DNA from: the human T2T-CHM13v2.0 reference genome, Homo sapiens
Assembly (NCBI RefSeq): GCF_009914755.1
Contig: NC_060947.1
DNA: 64,000 bases
Reading direction: 5' to 3' (one strand)
Shown piece by piece: positions 29,070-41,560 of this stretch; within the stretch, counting starts at the first letter, position 1, and every line of letters begins with the position of its first letter. A program made the position numbers and the translations under genes. The notes under the pieces are model-generated. The model was not told where the DNA came from, ran no database searches, and worked only from the letters and a program-made list of their open reading frames with translations.

Positions 29070-29736
29070 CTTGTACACTGTTGGTGGGACTGTAAACTAG
29101 TTCAACCATTGTGGAAGTCAGTGTGGCGATTCCTCAGGGATCTAGAACTAGAAATACCATTTGACCCAGCCATCCCATTACTGGGTATATACCCAAAGGG
29201 TTATAAATCATGCTGCTATAAAGACACAAGCACACGTATGTTTATTGCGGCACTATTCACAATAGCAAAGACTTGGAACCAACCCAAATGTCCAACAACG
29301 ATAGACTGGATTAAGAAAATGTGGCACATATACACCATGGAATACTATGCAGCCATAAAAAATGAAGAGTTCATGTCCTTTGTAGGGACATGGATGAAAC
29401 TGGAAATCATCATTCTCAGCAAACTATCGCAAGGACAAAAAACCAAACACCACATGTTCTCACTCATAGGTGGGAATTGAACAATGAGAACACATGGACA
29501 CAGGAAGGGGAACATCACACTCCGGGGACTGTTGTGGGGTGGGGGGAGGGGGAAGGGGGGAGGGATAGCATTAGGAGATATACCTAATGCCAAATGACGA
29601 GTTAATGGGTGCTGGACACCAACATGGCACATGTATACATACGTAACAAACCTGCACATTGTGCACATGTACCCTAAAACTTAAAGTATAATAATAATAA
29701 AATAAAAAATAAAAATTTAAAAAATTAAAAAAAAAA
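29070..29736 (+). mobile_element. Young 5'-truncated L1 (L1PA3/4-like)
   Basis: ORF 29109-29480 is a near-consensus ORF2p C-terminus ending HMFSLIGGN. G-rich 3'UTR and A-rich tail. Confidence 0.95.
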
Positions 29737-30870
29737 TCTGTCACTTAAAGCAACATGGATGAAACTGGAGGTCATGATGTTAGGTGAAATACGCCAGGCA
29801 CAGAACAACAAATATTGCATCGTCTCACTCATATGACAGAGCTAAAGATTTTAGTCTCAGGGAGGTAAAGAATAGAATGATTGATACCCAAGGCAGAAAG
29901 GGGTGGAGTGAAGTAGGTAAAGAAAGGTTGGTTAAAGGGTAGAAATATACAGTTAGATAGAAGGAGTGTGTTCTAATATTTGATAGCAGAGAAAAGTGAC
30001 TACTAGTTAACAAGAATGTATTGTATATTTCAAAATAGGTAAAGAGAAGATTGGAAATGTTTTCAACACATTGAAATGATAAATACTTGAGGAGGTGGAC
30101 ATCCCAAACACACTTGCTTGATCATTACACTGTCTATTCGTGTAACAAAATATCACATGTAACCCATCAATATGTGCAAATATTATGTGTCAATAAAAAG
30201 AAGGTATAAATGTATTATGAGCCCATATTTCAAATGCTAGGAATTTATCCTACATGTATAAAAGTGTGAGTGCTTAAAAATACTATTATGATATTCACTA
30301 CAGCACTGTTTGCAATAGAAAAAAAGAAAGTAAAAATACAAAGAAAAATAATGTTAATAAACAGAATGGAAGATAAAATATTATACAGCCACATTATAAC
30401 CATGTAATGTTTAAGACAAAGAAACACAAGTTATAACTATATGTACTTAGCATAGAACTATAACTGTGATATATTAAAGGCAACAGGTAAGTTACAAACT
30501 AATATATACAGCATGTCCCATTTGTTCCATGGTGTACATGTCCCATATGTACACCACGAATGTACATATGCATGCATTTATGTCTTTCTTTCTAAGTATG
30601 ATGAAACCTGTAATAAATTATTTAAATAGATGAGATAGAGAGAAGATTCTCACCAAAAACAATTTTTAAAATAAAATGCAAGAACTGAAAAACAGCTTAT
30701 TTGAGGCTACTTAACATATGAACAAATAGCCCAATGAAATTCAAACATCCTGAGGGTTTTATTATATTGCTGATATTCACTGATAGTCATGTTAATCATC
30801 ATAATTTCATAAAATAATTTTATGTTCAGTTATATCTTTGCATAACGTTATAGTATGCTAGTCCATACTA

Positions 30871-30898
30871 AACACACAGACACACACACACACACACA
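30871..30898 (+). repeat. (CA)n microsatellite
   Basis: Seen directly. Confidence 0.9.
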
Positions 30899-31129
30899 TT
30901 TTATTATATTTAAGAGGTGAGTAAATTTTGCTGTAGCTTTTTCACTCTTCTATGGCTGGCTGTTTTTTGTGCCATCCTGTTATTACTGCACCTTAGCAGT
31001 AATCAATTCTGGTATCAAATATTTTGATACTCACTTAGACCAATGTATTAACTCTTCTAGATTTTGCTTATCTCCAGTACATAAACAGTAAACAAAAGAA
31101 ACAAAACTTAACAAATAAATAACACCACC

Positions 31130-31320
31130 CTGACCTAGTCGAAAGTATGTAGGATGTGAATTTAAGTTCTGGCTATGTCACTTAAGATATGAAATTTAAG
31201 CAAGTTGTGACATCACAGAGTTCCAGTTTTCTCATCAGCAAAGTAAGAATACTATCTTATGGATAGCATTAATTTGATTTTCAAATCAGGTTAGGTACAT
31301 AAAAGTGCCTAAAATTTTCA
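31130..31320 (+). mobile_element. MIR fragment
   Basis: ttctggctatgtcactt..gcaagtt..cagttttctcatc core. Confidence 0.6.
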
Positions 31321-31584
31321 CTGAATTAGTTGAATTTGAATAAAAATCTTTGTTTTTCATTATAAAAATGTTCAAGCCGTGAAGAAATAGTGGGCATATT
31401 TGAGGTATCTGGGACATTTTCTTTCTTCTAAAATCTGTCCATAGGTATAAAGGGTCATTTAATGTTTTAGGAGTGCCTGATCAATGGCTAGCTGTACGAT
31501 AAACTTTCAAGGATGATTGCATTGTCACATTGCTATTCAATTCTCCTCAGGCAAGGTGCATCTGAGCAGAACACAAGAACAAGA

Positions 31585-32125
31585 TAACTTATTCAACAAA
31601 TATTTATTGAACAACTTCTGTGTGCAAAACACTGTTTGAGTTCTTGGACATACAAGAATCGACAAAACAGATGAATTATCTGTCTTCTTTAGGCTTACAT
31701 TGTAGTGTAAAAAACAACGAAAATAGAATAAACATACATTTATAAAATACAATTTCATATATAGATAAGTGTTAGGAAAAAAAAAAGAGGGTGGATAAGG
31801 AATTTTTAACTAGAGAGAATAAGTGTTTTTCTAGAAGGTATAGTGGGAGGAGTCTTCTCTGAGAATGTAATATTTGACCAGAGACTTGAAAGAGATAAGG
31901 GAGTGATTCATAAAGATATCTGAAAGAAGAGCCTTCCCAGCAGAGGAAATAGTAAGTGCAAAGACTCTGAGGTGGAAATTTGTCCAGTTTTCTGAGAAAC
32001 ACCAGGATGTCCAATATAACAAGCTAAGAGAGTGGCAGGGAAGCTGTTCAGTAGATAAAACACGAGGTCAAAATGTACAGAATCATAGGGTCTTACTTGG
32101 AATTTTGCTTTTATTAAGATCTGCC
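31585..32125 (-). mobile_element. L2 3' region
   Basis: attcaacaaatatttattga is the reverse complement of the L2 3' terminus, followed by a purine-rich L2 body. Confidence 0.75.
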
Positions 32126-34053
32126 TCAACTTTTAACAAGATCCTTTTGGCCGTTAGGCTGTAGAGACTTTATGAGGGTGCCAAACTTGGAAGAAATATT
32201 GAAGGTAGACTCAACAGAATTTTCACAATATGAACCCTGTGAGACAGACCCAAATAAAGATCTGGTCTCCCCAGTATGGCCAGCTAGACACGGCCAGGAG
32301 GAACATCTCCCACCAAGGGACTGGGACATCAGGAAGACCAGCATCCTCCTATCAGATCTTCAGAAAGAAGGCATTGAGAGCAGATGGAGGGAAGATACAG
32401 AGGGAGAGGAACAAGGACTCATTCCTGGTCTCCAATGACTCCCGCAGAAGAGGTGAGTTGAACAGGCAAGGAGCAATCTGCTCTTGCCACAGGCCTCTGG
32501 AATCCCTTCAGGCAGAGACCCCTTAACCACCACAAACCCTTGAATTGGCAGGAAGAGCTGCTTAGAGAAGTGGTAGGGGCGGAGCTCAAGTCACTGAGGA
32601 GACCAAAGGGTTTGGTGTGAAAGGATTTATAGTACCGCACGACGAGGGATTCCCATATCCCTAGGCTCAACTTGCTCTCATAGGAGACGTTAGCCCTAGA
32701 GGAACTGTTGGATCTGAATTCTGCAGGGTAGTCTTGCTCATGAGATGGGGCCAATTCAACCAGAGCATCCCTCAGTCTGCTGGCCCATCCTGGGGCTGCA
32801 GCCTAGCCATGCCCTACTTGCAATGCAGCCCCCAGGTACCTGCTGGAGGCCTCCATCATGGCTCCTATGCTGGCAGACCACACCTGACTGGCAGAGTGCT
32901 CCAGAAAATCAGCCCCCATGGACATGCACAAGCCTTCCTGGGCCCTCTCCCCACTGCAGCCTACCCCGTGGCACTTTGCCAGCACACACTCACCCATAGC
33001 CATCCCCCATATCACATCACTGGCATGTGAATGTGTAGGTGGATCTTGCCTTCATTTCCCTGCCATTGCAGCTGTGCACATACATCCTTCTATGCCACTG
33101 CTGGTGGTGTGACTGAACCCCACCCACCCTCCCCTTTTTACACTGCAATTGTCATTGGCACTTTGGTGAGTACAGAGACTGCCAGCCCTGACCCCATGAG
33201 CACCCCACCCCTGTGTTGACACTGCTGCAGGCAGAACAGCAAACTCACCCCTGCCGTGAACAGCCAATGCTGCAAGAGTAAATGCGCACAGAGGGTGCAT
33301 ACAGTCGTGTGCCCACCAGTGCCCTGGCCCTATGCTAACACCACCACCAATATGAACACATGAACAGTTGCAGGTGGGGGTCCCCGTTCCCTGAAGCCAT
33401 GCTGCCACTGCTCCTGCTCTGAACACCCACACAGAGGCTGGCAACCCAGTACCCACTAGGGCCCTGTCGCAGCTGAAGAGCATGCACCCTGCCATGCTGC
33501 TGCCATCACTGCTGCTGGCACAAGCAAATGAGGACAGATCCCACTGATACCACCCTGTGAAGTGACTTGGCTGACACCAATCGTTGGAGTGCTGTGACAA
33601 GCAGTCTGGGAGCACCTCAGCCTCCAAGTGCAGAGGGTTCCTCACCTTGAGGAGCCAGAGGAAAAAGTAACAAACAAAACCTTAAAAAATTACGGGATTA
33701 TGTAAAGAGACCTAATCTATGGCTCATTGGTATGCCTGAAAGAGATGGGGAAAACGGAACCAACTTGGAAAACATATTTCAGGATACCATCCAGGAGAAC
33801 TTCCCCAACCTAGCAAGACAGGCCAACATTCAAATCCAGGAAATGCAAAGAACCCCTACAAAATACTTCACAAGAACATCTCCAAGACACATAATCATCA
33901 GATTCTCCAAGGTCGAAATAAAAGAAAAAATGTTAAGGCAGCTAAGAGAAAGGACAGGTCACCTACAAAGGGAAGCCCATCAGACTAACAGTGGACCTCT
34001 CAGCAGAAACCGTACAAGCCAGAAGCGATTGGGAGCCTATTTTCAACATTCTT

Positions 34054-34346
34054 TTTTTTTTTTTTTTTTTTTGAGATGGAGTCTCACTCTGTTGGGAGTG
34101 CAGTGGCAGCACAATCATGGCTCACTGCAAGCTACACCTCGCAGGTTCACGCCATTCTCCTGCCTTAGCCTCCTGAGTAGCTGGGACTACAGGCACCCGC
34201 CACCACCCCGGCTAATTTTTGGTATGTTTAGTAGAGACGGGGTTTCACCGTGTTAGCCAGGATGGTCTCGATCTCCTGACCTCGTGATCCGCCCGCCTCA
34301 GCCTCCCAAAGTGCCGGGATTACAGGTGTGAGCCACTGCACCCGGC
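34054..34346 (-). mobile_element. AluY-like
   Basis: cactgcaagct, ttcacgccattctc and gttagccaggatggtctcgatctcctgacctcgtgatccgcccgcc diagnostics. TSD tttcaacattctt. Confidence 0.95.
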
Positions 34347-34543
34347 TTTTCAACATTCTTAAAGAAAAGAAATTCCAACACAGAATTTTATTTCCAGCCA
34401 AACTGAGCTTCACAAGCAAAGGAGAAATAAGATCCTTTTCAGAAAAGCAAATGCTGATTGAGTGTGTTACCACCAAACCTTTCTTACAAGAGTTTCTGAA
34501 AAGAGCACTAAATATGGAAATGGAAGACCATTATCAGCCACTA

Positions 34544-34912
<369 letters not shown>

Positions 34913-37858
34913 CTAAGACACTTATAAAGAAACCACATAAATAAGTCTGAATAATAACTACCTTAAGATACTGTGACAGGATAAAACCCACACATATTAA
35001 TATTAACCTGAATGTAAATGGGCTAAATGCACCAATTAAAAGTCACAGGGTGACTGCAGGATAAAGGGTTGAAGAAAAATCTACCAAGCAAATAAAAACA
35101 AAAAACAAACAAAAAAAAAACCAGAAAAAAACCAGGGGTTGCAATCCTAATTTTAGACAAAACAGACATTAAAACAACAAAAAAAGGCCAAAAAGGACAA
35201 AGAACAGTATTACATCATGGTAAGGGGTTTAATTCAAGAAGACCTAACCATCCTAAATATATATGCACCCAACACAGGAGCACCCAGATTCATAAAGCAA
35301 GTTCACAGAGATCTTCAAACAGACTTACACCCCCACAAAATAATAATGAGAGACTTCAACACCCCACTGAAACTACTAGCCAGATCATCGAGACAGAAAA
35401 TTAACAAAGATATTCAGGACCTAAACTAAAAACTGGATCAAATGGACCTGATAGAAATCTGCAGAACCCTCTACCCCTAAACAGAATATACATTGTTCTC
35501 TTCTGCACATGGCACAAACTCTAAAATCGACCTCATAATCAAACATAACCAATCCTGAGCAAATGCACAAGAACTGAAATCATACCAACCACTCTCTCAG
35601 ACCACAGCATAATATAAATGGAATTCAAGATTAAGGAAACCACTCAAAACCATACCCTTACATGGAAATTAAACAACCTGCTCCTGAATGACTTTTGGGT
35701 AAATAATAAAATTAAGGCAGAAATCAAGAACTTCTTTGAAACAAATGAGAACAAAGATACAATGGACCAGAATCTCTGGGACACAACTAAGGCAGTGTTA
35801 AGAGAGAAATTTATGGCACTAAATGCCCACACTAAAAAGTTAAAGATCTCAAATTAACAACCTAACATCACAACTATAACAACCAGAGAACCAAGAGAAA
35901 AACAACACCAAAGTCAGCAGAAGACAAGAAATAACCAACATCAGAGCTGAACTGAAGAAGATTAAGACATGAAAAACCATTCAAAAGATCAACAAAGCCA
36001 GTAGATGTTTTTTCTTTAAAAAAATATAGATAGATGACTAGCTAGACTAATAAAAAACAGAGAAGACTCAAATAATCATAATTTGAAATGACACTGGAGA
36101 TATAGCCACTGACCTTAAATAAATAGAAATAACCATCAGAGACTATTATAAATACCTGTATGCACACCGACTAGAAAATACGGAAGAGGTGAACAAATCC
36201 CTTGACACATACATCTTTCTAAGACTGAACCAGGAAGAATTTGAATCCCTGAACAGACCAATAACAAACTCTGAAATTGAATCAGTAATAAATAGCCTAC
36301 CAACCAAAAAATATAAAATAAAAAGCACAGGACTAGGTGGATTCACAGCTGAATTCTACCAGATACACAAAGAAGAGCTCTTACAATTTTTACCAAAACT
36401 ATCCCAAAATATTGATGAGTATGGACTCCTCCCCATTTCATTCTATAAGATAAGCATCATCCTGATTCCAAAACCTGGCACAGACACAACGAAAAATAAA
36501 ATGTCAGGTGAATATCCTTGATGCACATCAATGCAAAAATCCTCGACAAATGCTAGCAAATCAAATCCAGCAGCACATCAAACAGCTCATCTACCACAAG
36601 CAAGAATGCTTCATCCCTGAGATTCAAGGTTGGTTCAACATACACAAATCAATAAGCATGATTCATCACATAAACAGAACTAAAGACTAAAACTACAAGA
36701 TCATCTCAATAGATTCAGAAAAGGCTTTCAATAGAATTTTACATATTTTATTGAAAACTCAACAAGCTAAGTATTGAAGGAAGATACCTCAAATTAAGAA
36801 CCATCCATGACAAACTCACAGCCAACATCATACTAAGTGGGAAAAAACTGGAAGCATTCCCCTTTAAAACCGATACAATACAAGAATGCCCTCTCTCACC
36901 ACTCCTATTCAACGTAGTGTTGGCACTCCTGGCTAGAGCAATCAGGCAAGATAAAGAAATAAAGGGCATCCAAAAAAGAAGAGAGCAAGTCAAATTATCC
37001 CTGCTTGCAGATGACATGATTCTATATCTAGATATCTTCATATCTCAGCCCAAAAGCCCCTTTAGTTGATAAACAACCTTAAGCAATGTTTCAGGATACA
37101 AATTCAACATACAAAAATCACTAGCATTCCTATACATCAAAAACAGCCAAGCTGAGAGCCAAATCAAGAATGCAATTCCAGACACAATTTTCACAAAAAA
37201 GAATAAAATACCTAAGAACACAGCTAACCAGGGAGGCGAAAAATCTCTACGATGAGAATTACAAAACACTGCTCAAAGAAAGCAGGGATTACACAAATAG
37301 AATAATATTCCATGTTCATGGAAAGGAAGAGTCAGTATCATTAAAATCGCTCTACTGCCCAAAGCAATTTACAGATTCAATGCTATTCTTATCAAACTAC
37401 CAATGACATTCTTCATAGAACTAGAAAAAACGATAGCCCTGTGGTATAGCTTGAAGACAGATAGTGTTATGACTCCTGCCTTGTACTTTTTTGATTAGAA
37501 TTATCTTGGCTATTTGCACTCTTTTTTGGTTCCATATCTTTTGTAATTCTCACCGTAGAGATTTTTCACCTCCATGATTAGCTATGCTCTTACGGGGAGA
37601 GTGGGAAGAGGGATAGGAGCAGAAAAGTAACTATTGGGTACCAGGCTTAGTATCTGGGTGGTGAAATAATCTGTACAACAAACCTCTATTACATGAGCTT
37701 ACCTATATAAAAAACTGCACATGTACCCCTGAACCTAAAAAAGGTTTTTTGAAAAATCAAGTCCATGTATAACAGTAAAAGGACAAAGATGGAAAATATT
37801 GGAATGGGAGATTGGAACTGGAGTGTAGATATAGGTCTCTTTTGGACATGTCAAAGGC

Positions 37859-38225
37859 TGTATTAGTCTGTTTTCACACTTCTATAAAGATACTACCCAA
37901 GACTGGGTAATTTATAAAGACAGAATGTTTAATTAAGTCATAGTTTCACACGGCCGAGAGGCCTCAGGAAACTTACAGTCATGGCAGAAGGTGGAGGGGA
38001 AGCAAGGTATATCTTATATGGTGGCAGGTGGGAGAGAGAGAGTGCAGGGGAGACTGCCACTTATAAAACCATCAGATCTCATGAGAACTCACTCACTGTC
38101 ATGAGAACAACATGGGGGAAACCGTCCCCATGATCCTATTGTCTCCTACCAGGTCCCTTCCCCAACACGTGGGGATTATAATTCAAGATGAGAATTGGGT
38201 GGAGACACAGAGCCAAACCATGTCA
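37859..38225 (-). mobile_element. THE1D/MSTA-like solo LTR
   Basis: tgtattagtc...agccaaaccatgtca termini. TSD aaggc/aaagc. Confidence 0.9.
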
Positions 38226-38375
38226 AAAGCCAAATGTCTCTTAGACTTCCAAGTGGAGATACTGCATATACAGTTAGATTTGTGAATCTTGATGTCAATA
38301 GTCACTGGACTTGAGATCTACTCATAAAATAAATTCATTCTTACAGTGTATGTGTGACCATGGTATTGGATGAGT

Positions 38376-38525
38376 ATATTTTTTACTCATATATATTTTT
38401 TCTTATTTTATATATATAATATATATATAATATATATTTCAAATATATATTATATATATATTTTATATATAATATATATTTTAAATATATATTATATTAT
38501 TATATATATAATATATATATATAAA
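38376..38525. repeat. AT-only low-complexity, degenerate (TA)n tract
   Basis: Seen directly. Confidence 0.9.
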
Positions 38526-38559
38526 ATAAGAAAAACAGGATGGTTCATGAAATATGTTC

Positions 38560-39890
38560 CATTATTTAGAAATTAGAAAGAGGAGGAAAGACAAAAAGAG
38601 AGAGTAAAGTGAAATAACATGTGAGTTGAAAGGCAAGCAAGGCAATTGTGGGGCGTCCGAAATACAGAAAAAAAATTTAAGAATAAGTGAGTGATGAATT
38701 TTGTAAACTGCTTCTGAAAAGATGAGCAATGTAAGTGGAAACAATTGGGAATGATGGAGGTCACTAGTGATCTTGAAAGATGTGGTTTCAGGGGAGTGGT
38801 GGAGAGCACCTGGAGGCTACGGGTGGTAAGACATAGGAGTTTTGATTATGAAGGAAAGTAGGTAAATCAGGAGGAAGAGTATCTTGCATCTAGGGATAAA
38901 AAGGATGTGGGTTCTAACAGAGGGCTTTGCCTTTTTATTTTTTTTTAAAGATAGGAGCTGATTATAATAGGAAGTGGTATTATTGATGGGAATTATCTAA
39001 TAAGAATGAGGAAATTGATCATAAAGTAGAGAAAGTTGGAAGAAATGTAGGAACAAAGTCTTTGAGTATAGCAGAGAAGATGGGGATCCATGGCCCAAGT
39101 AGGAATATGTCAGTCCATATTTGTCTGGTATAACAATTTGAAGGGCAGTATATATGGATACAGGTGTTGTTAGGTTGATAGGCTTGGTGGTGAGAATGTG
39201 AGAGCTGTTTCCTTTTTGATTATTTCTACTTTCTTGGTGAAATAAAAACTGAGACCTTTAGTTGAAAGTTAAAAGTGGAAGAAGCTAAGAGAGTTTTAAT
39301 AGGAGGGGAAAAGTTTAAAATGCTCTTCTTGAAGGGCGAGAGAATAAATACATTGGGAAAGGCATCATGATTACCAGGCAGTGTCGAGTGCCCAATTATG
39401 TGCTTTCCTCTGGCAACACTGAGCTGCTCAGGGGCAGGTTCATGGTTTGTGGGAAACTGGCAAGAAAGACAGAGTACAGAGGTATAAGGGAGTGAAGGGC
39501 ACATGTAAGAGAGTGATTTTAATGAATTAGCATACTATATAAACTGGGTAAGAAGGGAAATTGTGGCATGAGATTGAGAATGAGCAATGAAACAAAATGT
39601 GGTATAATCAATCAATTAAAAGTCATGTTGGTTTAAAATAAGTGGTGCTGGAGGTACTACAAGTGAGCTAAAAAGATGGTAGCATTGTTCAGAAAGAGGG
39701 GGCCTGAAATAGAGGTCTGGGCTTTGAGGCTGTTATCTCTAATGACAAGACCTGGAGAGTTTCTATGGTATTGTGTAGTTGGAGTGAGGTGGAATAAAAT
39801 ACCAATGGAAATACTCTAGATATCAAGGATGTATGATCTATACTGAGATTGTTGACAGAAGGTACGGTAGACATAAAAATAAATCAGAAA
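38560..39890 (-). mobile_element. Ancient L2 body
   Basis: Purine-rich, with L2 motifs such as ggaggtcactagtgatcttga..ggagtggtgg, homologous to 46150-46200. Confidence 0.6.
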
Positions 39891-39912
39891 TCCAGATGTC
39901 TTAACTCAAGTT

Positions 39913-40292
39913 TGATTTATGGTTCAAATATATGTTTTCTTCCAAAATTCATATATTGGAACTTAAAAGACAAGGTGATAATAAAAGGTGGGGCCTTTAG
40001 GAGGTGATTAAGTCATGAGGAAGGAGACTTTGTGAATGGGATTAGCAATCTTATGAAAGGGCTGGAGAGACTTAGCTCGGCCCCTTTTTGTCCTCCATTG
40101 CATCAGCCATGTGAGGCCACAACAGTCAAGGTGCCACCTTGGAAGCAGAGATCAAGCCCTTACTAGACAGTGAAACTGCTAGTGCCTCGACTTTGAACTT
40201 CCAGCCTCCAGAACTTGAAAAATAAACGTATACTATTGATAAATTACCTAGTATGGGGTGGATTGTTATTGCAGCCCAAACAGACTAAGACA
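39913..40292 (+). mobile_element. MLT1A-like LTR
   Basis: ggtggggcctttaggaggtgattaagtcatgagg...cagcccaaacagactaagaca. Confidence 0.8.
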
Positions 40293-40507
40293 GACTGTCA
40301 TAACCAAATACCATAGCCTGGATGGCTTAAACAACAGACATTTATTTCTCAGAGTTTTAGAGACTGAGAAGTTCAAAATCAAGGTGTTGCCTGATTCAAA
40401 TTCCCTTTGAGACCCTTCTTCCTGACTTTCAGACAGCCACTGCCTTTTTGCTGTATTTCTACATGATGAAGAAAGAAACAGAAATAAATCTGGCGTGTAT
40501 TCCTCTA

Positions 40508-40682
40508 ATTTTATTTTCTTTATAGAACCAGCCTCACTATGCTGCCCAGATTCCAGTGCAGTGGCTATTCACATTCACAAGTGTGATTATAGTGTAGTAT
40601 AGTCTCAGACTCCTGGGTTCAAGCAATCCTCCCTTCTCAGACTCTCCAGAAGCTGGGACTACAGATACCAGCATGCCAGCCT
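40508..40682 (-). mobile_element. FAM (fossil Alu monomer)
   Basis: agtgcagtggctattcaca is a 7SL-derived segment retained in FAM. Monomer length. Confidence 0.8.
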
Positions 40683-41319
40683 CTTCCTCTTGGACACTAA
40701 TGGACACCAAGCCCATCATGTGGGCTCCACCCTTATGAAAAAATGAACATTTATTTTCAAATGACTCACCTCCAAATATTACATTAGGGAGTAAGGCTTC
40801 AACAAATGAGTGAGTTTTTTGGGTGACAGTTCATAACATCAACTGTTAAAATCTACAAAGTATGAAAGGAAATGACAAGAAGAAAGCAAAAATCACTCAC
40901 CAGTTGAGAGGGGATGCAGGGAGTCTGCATTGTCAGTAGAAAGCCAGCTTTCATTTAGACCAAGAAGATGAAGAAAATATAGAAAGAGATAAATTGTAGT
41001 GAAAATTTGAATGAGGACTGTGAGTTTCAGTTGCACAGTGGAACATTTTGGAAGATCAGAGGATGGGCATTGGGTAAGATTAAATTATGTACAAAGCTAC
41101 ATGGAGATAAATGTCTGGGGAATTTAGGCACGCGGTAATGAGTAGGGTAAACATGGATTAGAGGGAACGTTTGGATTAGTCTGGATGGTCTCTCAGAAAA
41201 AGTCATTTCTCAGCCATCAGAGAAAAGTTAAGTAATGTTTGGTGATGCTCTTAAGGAAGGTTAGGAAGAATGTTCTGGTTCTGTTCAAAATGGCTACACA
41301 TGGAGATGCTAGCTCTATG

Positions 41320-41560
41320 AGAGTCAGCATAATGAGAGAAATGCTAGACTCCAGGTTTATCACTGCCACCATACACCTAGACAAGGGATATTTAACAAGA
41401 CACCAAAACTCTCCCTGCTTGTTTCTTCATCTGTAAAATTGAGATAGTGATATTACCTACCTCATAGGTACGTTATTAGAATTAAATAAATTAATGTATG
41501 GCCGGTGCTTGCCACAATAACTCAAACACGGTAAAAGCCTAAAATGCTACTGTCAATACC
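41320..41560 (+). mobile_element. MIR
   Basis: tttcttcatctgtaaaattgagatagtgatattacctacctcatagg..aattaaataaattaatgta. Confidence 0.85.

Larger units (their letters stand above)
21830..30200 (+). mobile_element. Decayed L1MA (L1MA4/5-like) with both termini, hosting four later insertions and lacking ~1.1 kb of ORF2
   Basis: 5' terminus gagacttcaagatggctgactaga, GC-rich 5'UTR, ORF1 and ORF2 remnants, and a 3' end aatatcacatgtaacccatcaatatgtgcaaatattatgtgtcaataaaaa. Confidence 0.9.
39897..40838 (-). mobile_element. MLT1 (C/D-like) LTR, interrupted by an MLT1A-like LTR and a FAM
   Basis: tgtcttaactc start. ataaccaaataccatagcctggatggcttaaacaacagacatttatttctc motif. Ends cataaca. Confidence 0.75.

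Noticed and set aside
29109-29480. Clean 123-aa ORF2p C-terminal frame as a functional CDS
   Set aside because: Belongs to a 5'-truncated L1 with no promoter, EN or RT. It is open only because the insertion is young.
33052-33645. Longest ORF in the track (197 aa, - strand)
   Set aside because: Lies antisense in the GC-rich 5'UTR of an old L1PA, where stops are scarce. No recognisable protein similarity, and it does not resemble primate L1 ORF0 as I recall it.
38370-38576. Ile/Tyr-rich 68-aa ORF
   Set aside because: Translation of AT-only low-complexity sequence.
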